A stretch of 64,000 bases of DNA. Origin: Candidatus Azophilus sp. Its GTDB lineage: Bacteria; Pseudomonadota; Gammaproteobacteria; Pseudomonadales; Azotimanducaceae. The translations under genes and the position numbers were made by a program. Location of the stretch: contig OZ244892.1 of the NCBI GenBank assembly GCA_965221465.1, forward strand, positions 1,577,536 through 1,641,535, written 5' to 3'. Positions 56,951 through 64,000 of this stretch are shown piece after piece; the stretch's first letter is position 1, and the number at the start of each line of letters is the position of its first letter. The notes beneath the pieces are model-generated. The model made no database searches and was not told the origin of the DNA. It saw only the letters and a program-made list of their open reading frames with translations.

Positions 56951-59543
56951 GGTCTCCATTGCCGTTGTTGCCGTCGTTGTTTTCCCTGTCGCCATTGCCG
57001 CCGTTGGATTCGACGATGCGGGCGACACTGTTCAGTCGTTCCTCACCACGCAGCCGGATCAGTCGCACCCCCTGGGTATTGCGCCCCTGAATCGAGACTT
57101 CGTCGGCACCGGTGCGCACCAGTGTGCCCATGTCGCTGATGAGCATCAGTTCGTCTCCTTCGAACACCTGCACCGCACCCACCACATCGCCGTTGCGTTC
57201 GTTCGACTGCATGGCGATCACGCCCTGGGTTCCGCGCCCTTTCACCGGAAATTCGTCGACCCGGGTACGCTTGCCGTAGCCATTGGCGCTTGCGGTCAGC
57301 ACGAAGCCGTCCTCTCCGGGGATCATGAGCGAGATCACCCGGTGGCCGCCCCGCATGCGGATGCCGCGCACCCCGCGGGCCGTGCGCCCCATGGCGCGCA
57401 CATCGGATTCCTTGAAACGCGCAGCCTTGCCCGAGCTCGATGTCAGCATCACGTCGCAATGCCCATCGGTAATGGCGGCGCCTACCAGCGTATTGCCCTC
57501 TTCCAGCACCAGGGCGATCAATCCGCTCGGCCGCGGGCGGGAGAAATGCGACAACTCGGTCTTCTTCACGGTGCCATTGGCCGTCGCCATGAACACGAAG
57601 CGGTTGTCGTCGTATTCCTGCACCGGGAGCAGCGAGGTCACGCGTTCGTCGGGCCCGAGCGGCAACAGGTTGACCAGCGGGCGGCCCTTGGCGTTGCGGT
57701 TGCCGCGCGGAATCATGAAGACCCGCAGCCAGTAGACCTTGCCCACATTGGAGAAGCACAGCAGGGTGTCGTGGCTGTTCGCGATCAGCAGGTTTTCCAC
57801 GAAGTCTTCGTCGCGCACCGTGGCCGCGATCTTGCCCTGACCGCCCCGGCGTTGCGCCTGATACGCATCGAGGGGCTGGGTCTTGGCGTAACCCTTGTGG
57901 GAAATCGTCACCACCAGGTCTTCCTCGGGGATCAGGTCTTCCGTCGAGAGGTCCTGTTGCGAGGTCAGGATTTCCGTGCGCCGCGGGTCGCCGTAGGTTT
58001 CGGCAAGCGCTTCGAGTTCCTCCCGGATGACCGACTGCAGGCGTTCGGCTGACCCGAGGATGTCCTGCAGATCGGCGATCTCGTCGAGCACCGCCTGGTA
58101 GTCTGCCACCAATTTGTCCTGTTCGAGGGCCGTCAGCCGGTGCAGGCGCATGTCGAGTATGGCCTGGGCCTGAGCCTCGGACAGATAGTAGACGCCGTCG
58201 CGCAACCCGAATTCATCCTCCAGCCCCTCCGGCCGGCAGGCATCGCTGCCGGCGCGCGCCAGCAGGGCCTGTACGCTCTCCGAGGCCCAGCCGCGCCCCA
58301 TCAGGGCGGCCCGTGCATCTGCGGCGGAGGCGGATTCGCGAATCAGTTCGATGACCGCCTCGATGCTCGCGAGCGCCACTGCCTGGCCTTCGAGCAGGTG
58401 TCCGCGCTGCCGGGCGCGGCGCAGCAGGTAGAGCGTGCGCCGGGTAACCACCTCCCGCCGGTGCTGAACGAATGCCTCCAGCATCTGCTTCAGGTTCAGA
58501 ACACGGGGTTGCCCATCGACCAGCGCCACGCAATTGATGCCGAACACCGACTGCAGCTGCGTTTGCGCGTACAGATTGTTGAGCACCACCTCCCCCGGCT
58601 CGCCCCGACGCAATTCGATGACGATGCGCAGGCCATCCTTGTCGGACTCGTCGCGCAACTCGGCGATGCCCTCGATCTTCTTTTCCTTGACCAGTTCCGC
58701 AATCTTCTCGATGAGCCGCGACTTGTTGAGCTGGTAGGGAATCTCCGTGATGACGATGACGTCGCGACCGCGCTTCTCGTCCTGGATCACCTCGGCCCGG
58801 GCACGTACGTAGATGCGGCCCCGACCGGTGCGGTAGGCCTGCACGATACCGGCCCGGCCATTGACGATACCGGCGGTCGGAAAGTCGGGGCCCTTGATGT
58901 GCTCCATCAGCCCGTCGATGCCGATCGTCGGGTCGTCGAGCAATGCCAGCACGCCCGCCACCACTTCGTTGAAGTTGTGCGGCGGAATATTGGTCGCCAT
59001 GCCCACCGCGATGCCGGAACTGCCGTTGATCAACAGGTTGGGCGCCCGTGTGGGGAGTACCTCCGGCATGGTCAGGGTGTCGTCGTAGTTGGGCACGAAC
59101 GACACGGTTTCCTTGTCGAGGTCGGCCAGCAATTCCGAGGCTAGCCGGTGCATGCGAACTTCCGTATAGCGCATGGCCGCCGGCGGGTCGCCGTCCACCG
59201 AGCCGAAATTGCCCTGGCCATCGATGAGCAGATAGCGCATGGCGAAATCCTGAGCCATGCGCACCAGGGTGTCGTAGATGGCCAGGTCGCCGTGGGGGTG
59301 GTACTTGCCCATGACGTCGCCAACGACCCGGGCAGACTTCATGTACGGGCGGCTGTGGGTGTTGTTCAGTTCGCTCATGGTGAAGAGCACCCGGCGATGC
59401 ACCGGTTTCAGACCGTCGCGAACGTCGGGCAGGGCGCGCCCGACAATGACGCTCATGGCGTAGTCGAGATACGACTGCCGCAGTTCGTCTTCGATGTTTA
59501 CGGGGAGGATTTCCCGCGCTTGACCGGGGGTCGGGTCGGACAT
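56928..59543 (-). CDS. gyrA: DNA gyrase subunit A
   Basis: 871 aa. DGLKPVHRR, active-site AAMRYTE. Asn/Gly/Asp-rich C-terminal tail. Confidence 0.97.
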   Translation of the reverse strand: MSDPTPGQAREILPVNIEDELRQSYLDYAMSVIVGRALPDVRDGLKPVHRRVLFTMSELNNTHSRPYMKSARVVGDVMGKYHPHGDLAIYDTLVRMAQDFAMRYLLIDGQGNFGSVDGDPPAAMRYTEVRMHRLASELLADLDKETVSFVPNYDDTLTMPEVLPTRAPNLLINGSSGIAVGMATNIPPHNFNEVVAGVLALLDDPTIGIDGLMEHIKGPDFPTAGIVNGRAGIVQAYRTGRGRIYVRARAEVIQDEKRGRDVIVITEIPYQLNKSRLIEKIAELVKEKKIEGIAELRDESDKDGLRIVIELRRGEPGEVVLNNLYAQTQLQSVFGINCVALVDGQPRVLNLKQMLEAFVQHRREVVTRRTLYLLRRARQRGHLLEGQAVALASIEAVIELIRESASAADARAALMGRGWASESVQALLARAGSDACRPEGLEDEFGLRDGVYYLSEAQAQAILDMRLHRLTALEQDKLVADYQAVLDEIADLQDILGSAERLQSVIREELEALAETYGDPRRTEILTSQQDLSTEDLIPEEDLVVTISHKGYAKTQPLDAYQAQRRGGQGKIAATVRDEDFVENLLIANSHDTLLCFSNVGKVYWLRVFMIPRGNRNAKGRPLVNLLPLGPDERVTSLLPVQEYDDNRFVFMATANGTVKKTELSHFSRPRPSGLIALVLEEGNTLVGAAITDGHCDVMLTSSSGKAARFKESDVRAMGRTARGVRGIRMRGGHRVISLMIPGEDGFVLTASANGYGKRTRVDEFPVKGRGTQGVIAMQSNERNGDVVGAVQVFEGDELMLISDMGTLVRTGADEVSIQGRNTQGVRLIRLRGEERLNSVARIVESNGGNGDRENNDGNNGNGDHGDSAEV

Positions 59544-59589
59544 TTGGGCACGCGCCGAAAAGGTCGCAAGTTTACCACGAACGGTGGCG

Positions 59590-59595
59590 TATAAT
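59590..59595 (+). promoter_or_regulatory. Consensus -10 hexamer TATAAT 6 nt upstream of ATG 59602
   Basis: GGTGGCGTATAATCCGCCGATG. No convincing -35 or Shine-Dalgarno. Confidence 0.3.
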
Positions 59596-59601
59596 CCGCC
59601 G

Positions 59602-60912
59602 ATGGCCCCCTGCGATCTGCTGATTCAGTGCCGCTGGTGCTTGCCCGTGGCGCCGCCCGAGACCACCATCGACGATGCCGCAATCGCGGTGCAGGGCGAA
59701 CGCATCGCGGCGGTCGGCCCGCGGGCAGAAGTCGAAGCCGCTTTCTCGTCCTCCACCGTGGTCGAGCTGGGCCGTCACGCCGTCATTCCAGGGCTCGTAA
59801 ACGCCCACGGGCACGCGGCAATGACGCTGATGCGCGGCGCCGCCGAAGACCTGCCATTGCAGGAATGGCTGAGCGAAATCGTCTGGCCACTGGAGGCAGC
59901 GAACCTGTCGAGAGAATTCGTGCGCGACGGCACCGACCTCGCCCTTGCCGAGATGCTCTCGAGGGGCATCACGACCTTCTCCGACATGTATTACTATCCC
60001 GATGAGGTGGCGCTCTGCGCATCCCGGGCCGGCATGCGTGCGGAGGTGGCATTCCCGGTTGTGGATTTCCCCAACGTCTGGAGCCGCGACGCCGACGAAG
60101 CACTGCACAAGGGCATGGAACTGCACGACGAGTACAAGGGCGACCCCCTGGTCAACATGGTGTTCGGCCCCCATGCCGCCTACACCGTTTCCGGGGGTGC
60201 CCTCGAGAAGATCGCGATGTACGCGGAGGAACTGAACCGACCGGTGCAGACGCATCTGCACGAAAACGCCGCCGAGGTGGCCGAAGCGCGCAGCCGCGTC
60301 GGGCAGTCGTGGATCTATTTCCTGCACGACCTGGGCCTGCTCACGCCGTCGCTGCAGGCGGTGCACATGACGCAACTGACCGACCACGAGATCGACCTGG
60401 TTGCCCTGCACAACGTCAATGTCGTTCACTGCCCGCATTCGAACCTGAAACTGGCGAGCGGCATCTGCCCGGTCGAACGTCTTGCCGATGCCGGCGTCAA
60501 CGTCGCCCTGGGCACCGACGGTGCCGCCTCGAACAACACACTGGATCTGCTCGCGGAGGCGCGCCTGGCGGCACTGCTCGCCAAGCAGGCAGGCGGCGAC
60601 ACCACCCGTGCAGACGCCGGCCGCATGCTGCACATGGCGACGCTGGGGGGTGCACGAGCCCTGGGGCTCGACCGGGAAACGGGGTCGCTCGAACCCGGCA
60701 AGCTGGCGGATATCGTGGCGTTCGATCTCGGCGCCCCGCGATTCGCACCGGTGCGCGACCCGATCGCCACCCTCATCCACGGCGCTCCGGCGGGTGCGGT
60801 CAGTCACGTCTGGGTGGGCGGCCGCTGCCTCTACGACGCCGGGAGTTATACGACACTGGACATCGACGCGGTCGGTGCGCGCGCCGAACGCTGGCGGGAC
60901 ATCGTCCATTGA
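59602..60912 (+). CDS. mtaD: Amidohydrolase, 5'-methylthioadenosine/S-adenosylhomocysteine deaminase-like (TRZ/ATZ family)
   Basis: HxH metal motif [14 protein letters not shown], later DGAASNN. Conserved pairing with ubiG. GTG 59584 is an alternative start. Confidence 0.75.
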   Translation: MAPCDLLIQCRWCLPVAPPETTIDDAAIAVQGERIAAVGPRAEVEAAFSSSTVVELGRHAVIPGLVNAHGHAAMTLMRGAAEDLPLQEWLSEIVWPLEAANLSREFVRDGTDLALAEMLSRGITTFSDMYYYPDEVALCASRAGMRAEVAFPVVDFPNVWSRDADEALHKGMELHDEYKGDPLVNMVFGPHAAYTVSGGALEKIAMYAEELNRPVQTHLHENAAEVAEARSRVGQSWIYFLHDLGLLTPSLQAVHMTQLTDHEIDLVALHNVNVVHCPHSNLKLASGICPVERLADAGVNVALGTDGAASNNTLDLLAEARLAALLAKQAGGDTTRADAGRMLHMATLGGARALGLDRETGSLEPGKLADIVAFDLGAPRFAPVRDPIATLIHGAPAGAVSHVWVGGRCLYDAGSYTTLDIDAVGARAERWRDIVH

Positions 60913-61601
60913 ACATCGACGACGCGGAAATCGGGAAATTCGAGGCCCTCGCCCATCGCTGGTGGGACCCCGACGGGGACTTTCGCGCCCTGCACGACAT
61001 CAATCCCCTGCGCCTCGGCTATGTCGACGAACGGGCGCCGCTGAACGGCGCACGCGTGGTCGATGTCGGCTGCGGTGGCGGCATCCTGTCGGAAGCCATG
61101 GCCAACGCGGGGGCGGAGGTCACCGGCATCGACATGGCCGGAAAGCCCCTGGCGGTGGCGCGGCTGCATGCCCTGGAGACGGGCGCCGAACTCGAATACC
61201 TGGCGGCCACGCCGGAGGAATTCGCCGGTGAGCGTCCGGGCGCCTTCGACACGGTCACCTGCATGGAAATGCTGGAACACGTGCCCGATTACGCCTCGTC
61301 GGTGGCGGCCTGCGCGGAACTGGCGGCCCCGGGCGGGCAACTGTTCTTCTCCACCATCAGCCGAACGCCCAAGGCATACCTGCTTGCCATTCTCGGCGCG
61401 GAGTACGTGCTTGGCATTCTGCCGAGAGGAACCCACGACTACGCCCGGCTGATCCGCCCCTCGGAACTGGCCCGGGCCGTGCGCAAGGCCGGCCTGAAGG
61501 TGCAACACGTGGCCGGCATGGCCTACAACCCGTTTTCCCACCAGGTCAGGTTGACCCGCGATACGGACGTGAACTACCTGCTGCACGCCAGCAAGCCCTG
61601 A
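60909..61601 (+). CDS. ubiG: Ubiquinone biosynthesis O-methyltransferase
   Basis: 230 aa from TTG 60909 (TTGA overlap with the mtaD stop). FEALAHRWWDPDG, SAM motif VDVGCGGGILSE. Confidence 0.9.
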   Translation: MNIDDAEIGKFEALAHRWWDPDGDFRALHDINPLRLGYVDERAPLNGARVVDVGCGGGILSEAMANAGAEVTGIDMAGKPLAVARLHALETGAELEYLAATPEEFAGERPGAFDTVTCMEMLEHVPDYASSVAACAELAAPGGQLFFSTISRTPKAYLLAILGAEYVLGILPRGTHDYARLIRPSELARAVRKAGLKVQHVAGMAYNPFSHQVRLTRDTDVNYLLHASKP

Positions 61602-61668
61602 CCCGCCTATCGCAACAAGCCTCTTGTCAGTTTGACGGAAGCCCTCTGATTTCGCTCAATTTCCTTGC

Positions 61669-61733
61669 GAGTCCCGAACCCGGCGCGCCGGGACGACGAC
61701 GCGCAAGGAACACCTGACAACCGCTGGGAGAGG
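61669..61733 (+). repeat. Structured repeat element, head-only module F
   Basis: GAGTCCCGAACCCGGCGCGCCGGGACGACGACGCGCAAGGAACACCTGACAACCGCTGGGAGAG, 68 nt after the ubiG stop. Confidence 0.8.
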
Positions 61734-61748
61734 GGCGTGGATCGTTGT

Positions 61749-62618
61749 TCAGTGCGGTTCCGAAACGCCGTGGAGCACGTCCGGTTCCACCCAGTGCAGC
61801 GAGTAGGCGATGCCGATTCCCAACAGAAAAGCGAGGGCGAGCAGAATGCGGTCGTGCCGGTGAAAGTGTATCTCCGGCAACAGATCGCTCAGCGCTATGC
61901 ACAGAAAAGAGCCCGCCGCGAAGGCAAGCGCGCAGCCGATCAGGGTTGTCGCAGCAGGGCCGATCTGACCGACCCCCCAGAACGTGACGAATGCGGCAAC
62001 GGGACACACCAGCGCAAAGCCCAGATTGGCCGCGACCCGCGCCCTGCGGCTGGCGCCGTTCGCCTGCATGGTGCTGACGATCGAGAGCGCATCGAGGGGC
62101 TTGTGCAGGGCAATGGCCAGAAAGACGCCCAAACCCGCGGCGCTGACGTCGCCATCGTGGGTCAACCGCATGGTCGTGCTCAGGGTCAGGCCTTCGGTCA
62201 ACGAGTGCACACCGAGCCCGAGCGCAATGCCGATCCAGGTGACCGACTTCATCCGGTGTGCCGCGCGGCTATTCCGGTCGTGCCGGTGGTCGTGCTGGTG
62301 ACTGTGCTCTTCGCTGAAATCGTGTTCGTGATAGTCGAAGAGGTAGAACAACAGCACCGAGAGGACGATGCCCGTCATCATCCAGCCGACGGCAGTCTCC
62401 ACCGCGCCGGGGCCGGAGAGCGCAGCCACGCTGTGCGGCAACAGGTGGAAGATGGCCACTCCGGCAATCAAGCCGGCCACGAAGGCCATCACTGCCTGAA
62501 TGCGCGTGTGTGAAATGGCGATGCGATCCGGAATCCAACCGCCCAGCAACGAACTCGCCGCGATGCCCAATCCGTAAAGAGCCAGCAGCCATGGGGCATC
62601 TATTTCCACAATGGGCAC
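61749..62618 (-). CDS. ZIP-family metal (zinc) transporter
   Basis: 289 aa polytopic protein. His-rich loop HEHDFSEEHSHQHDHRHD. HSLTEG motif. Confidence 0.8.
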   Translation of the reverse strand: MPIVEIDAPWLLALYGLGIAASSLLGGWIPDRIAISHTRIQAVMAFVAGLIAGVAIFHLLPHSVAALSGPGAVETAVGWMMTGIVLSVLLFYLFDYHEHDFSEEHSHQHDHRHDRNSRAAHRMKSVTWIGIALGLGVHSLTEGLTLSTTMRLTHDGDVSAAGLGVFLAIALHKPLDALSIVSTMQANGASRRARVAANLGFALVCPVAAFVTFWGVGQIGPAATTLIGCALAFAAGSFLCIALSDLLPEIHFHRHDRILLALAFLLGIGIAYSLHWVEPDVLHGVSEPH

Positions 62619-62670
62619 GCCTCGGACATCTCGCCGCGCCCAGCATACAACAGTTCCGACAAGCCAGAGT

Positions 62671-63525
62671 TCAGCGGGGTTTTGCCGGTCCGGCAGGTTC
62701 GAGGTGCTCGAGCGACGGGTACGGGAGCAGCAGGGATGCGCGGCGCTTGCGGCCGACGTTGCCGCGGTGCGGCGTGAGCGGGAGCTTGAGCAGGCGGTAG
62801 AGTGCCTTCAGATCCGCCTGGTCCATTTCCGCGAAGGCGCCCCGTTTGACTCGCGCCGGCAGCATGACGGGGCCGTAGCGGACGCGCTTCAGCCGACTGA
62901 CCCGCACGCCGACGCTTTCGAAGAGCCTGCGAACCTCCCGGTTACGGCCCTCCATCAACACCACGTGGTACCAGTGATTGCTGCCCGAGCCGTCGAAGTA
63001 GCGCACATCGCTGAATTGCAGCCGTTCGCCGTCGACCGACACGCCTGTTGTCAGTGCCTGCAATTCAGGGTCGTCGAGGCGTGCTTCCACCCTGACGGCA
63101 TATTCGCGATCGAGCCCGGTGGACGGGTGCATCATCCGGTGCGCCAGCGCGCCGTCGTTGGTCAGGAGCAGCAGCCCGGTGGTCTGAATGTCGAGCCGTC
63201 CGACAGCGATCCAGCGGCCGGTGCGCAGATTCGGCAAGCCCTCGAAAACGGAGCGACGGCCCTCGGGGTCGCGCCGCGAACAGATCACGCCGGCCGCCTT
63301 GTTCAGCACCAGCACCCGGCTCGGCTCTTTCGATCGCGCCGAGAGCTTGCGCCCGTCCAGCGCCAGGATGTCGTCTTGTGCTACCCGTTGCCCGAGGTGC
63401 GCGGTCTTGCCGTTCACCGTGACGCGCCCGGCAGCAATCCAGCCCTCCAGTTCGCGGCGGGAGCCGAGCCCCCGCCCGGCAAGCACTTTCTGCAGCTTCT
63501 GAGTTTCCATAGGTTTAACCCGCAT
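62671..63525 (-). CDS. rluB: 23S rRNA pseudouridine synthase (RluB-like)
   Basis: S4 domain KLQKVLAGRGLGSRRELEGWI, catalytic VGRLD, basic C-terminal tail. ATG 63510 (METQKLQK) is the likelier start. Confidence 0.85.
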   Translation of the reverse strand: MRVKPMETQKLQKVLAGRGLGSRRELEGWIAAGRVTVNGKTAHLGQRVAQDDILALDGRKLSARSKEPSRVLVLNKAAGVICSRRDPEGRRSVFEGLPNLRTGRWIAVGRLDIQTTGLLLLTNDGALAHRMMHPSTGLDREYAVRVEARLDDPELQALTTGVSVDGERLQFSDVRYFDGSGSNHWYHVVLMEGRNREVRRLFESVGVRVSRLKRVRYGPVMLPARVKRGAFAEMDQADLKALYRLLKLPLTPHRGNVGRKRRASLLLPYPSLEHLEPAGPAKPR

Positions 63526-63701
63526 ATCTCACCAACTTCCTGCTGCGGCCGCCGATGCACTCGCCCTGCGCGGCCGTGCTCCCTCCTGCCGATTTGACAT
63601 ACTGTCAAGTATGCCTGCATCGTCCTCCGGTCCGCGCGACCGCGCAGGACGGCGCCTCGACACCCTCGCGACGAAAGTTGGCGAGATTTCCGGGTTAAAC
63701 C
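63512..63701. repeat. Inverted pair of extended REP-like units (about 50 nt arms) flanking a roughly 90-nt spacer
   Basis: Left arm GGTTTAACCCGCATATCTCACCAACTTCCTGCTGCGGCCGCCGATGCAC. Right arm, reverse complement: GGTTTAACCCGGAAATCTCGCCAACTTTCGTCGCGAGGGTGTCGAGGCGCC. Confidence 0.75.
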
Positions 63702-63800
63702 GTCGAGCGTGCCCTCGAGCAAGCACCAGGCGGCCGCTTGAGTCAATCGTGAATCGAAGTCTCGTTCGCCTGACCTGCAGTTGGCGAGTTGTCCGATCTT

Positions 63801-63840
63801 CCCCGGGCTTCCTCGTCCCGGCGCGCCGGGTTCGAAACTC
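63801..63840 (-). repeat. Structured repeat element, head-only module G
   Basis: Minus strand GAGTTTCGAACCCGGCGCGCCGGGACGAGGAAGCCCGGGG, starting 4 nt after the stop of the partial minus-strand CDS. Confidence 0.75.
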
Positions 63841-63843
63841 GCA

Positions 63844-64000
63844 TCAGAATCGCTTCAGCAACTCGTCGACCACCGTCCCCATGCCGAATCGCACCGGGTC
63901 CGAGGCGGGCAGATTGAGCCGCGCAGCCGTCTCGTCCACCAGGGTCCGGGCCGCGCTGTCGCTCAGTTGTTGCGTGTTCAGGGCGACGCCGGCACAGCGG
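63844..64000 (-). CDS. Hypothetical protein, C-terminal fragment (5' end beyond the window)
   Basis: Open minus-strand frame from the window edge to TGA (63846-63844). C-terminus ...LPASDPVRFGMGTVVDELLKRF. Only 52 codons are visible, so this is weak. Confidence 0.35.
   Translation of the reverse strand, partial: RCAGVALNTQQLSDSAARTLVDETAARLNLPASDPVRFGMGTVVDELLKRF

Noticed and set aside
63826-63836. The GGGTTCGAAAC / GGGTTCGGAAC strings in the repeat heads resemble a tRNA T-arm.
   Set aside because: No acceptor stem, anticodon arm or D-arm can be drawn around them. They are part of the repeat head consensus. I found no tRNA or rRNA anywhere in the window.
1190-63840. Could the dispersed repeats be a CRISPR array or an integron cassette array?
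   Set aside because: The copies are kilobases apart, in both orientations, about 250 nt long and separated by ordinary genes. There are no short regular spacers, no cas genes, no integrase and no attC-type sites.
1-64000. A mobile genetic element, prophage, toxin-antitoxin or defence island.
   Set aside because: I recognised no transposase, integrase, recombinase, phage structural, restriction-modification, toxin or other defence-type protein in any frame. I also saw no obvious compositional island, apart from short AT-richer promoter patches.

Overview
This is a visibly GC-rich bacterial chromosomal segment (GC not computed), densely coding on both strands with about 53 CDS. The right third (49.9-63.5 kb) is a housekeeping block. 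Its order is gyrA-serC-pheA-hisC-tyrA-cmk-rpsA-ihfB, then divergent mtaD-ubiG, a ZIP transporter and rluB, which is typical of Gammaproteobacteria (inferred from synteny only). The left 49 kb mixes catabolic, redox and transport genes:
- Redox and catabolic: a Rieske oxygenase, a DUF3604 lipoprotein, an octaheme cytochrome-TPR protein, an enoyl-CoA hydratase, MaoC dehydratases, a thiolase-like + DUF35 pair followed by a PQQ quinohemoprotein dehydrogenase, a 2Fe-2S ferredoxin, an acyl-CoA-dehydrogenase-like protein, an aldehyde dehydrogenase, a ThDP enzyme with an alpha/beta hydrolase, NudC, four SnoaL/NTF2-like genes, and a P450 translationally coupled to homogentisate dioxygenase.
- Transport and envelope: NSS and SSS transporters, a MATE pump, an RND efflux pair, a TonB-dependent receptor, a rhomboid protease and a GGT-family protein.
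- Signalling and other: a membrane PP2C phosphatase fused to a STAS domain, and a TPR-sulfotransferase.

I saw no rRNA, tRNA, CRISPR, transposase, integrase, phage or recognisable defence genes, and no classical transcription factor.

The most unusual signal is non-coding. A multi-copy intergenic element of about 250 nt has 4 full or diverged copies and at least 4 partial copies in 64 kb. Its core is a 32-bp strand-specific helix with G-U wobbles. Every difference between the two best copies preserves pairing. Its 3' tail ends in a Shine-Dalgarno-like purine run plus ATG, which neighbouring genes appear to use as their translation start. I do not recognise this element as any named RNA, riboswitch, MITE or IS family. 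A second, shorter REP/BIME-like repeat family (35-50 nt) is also scattered through the intergenic regions.
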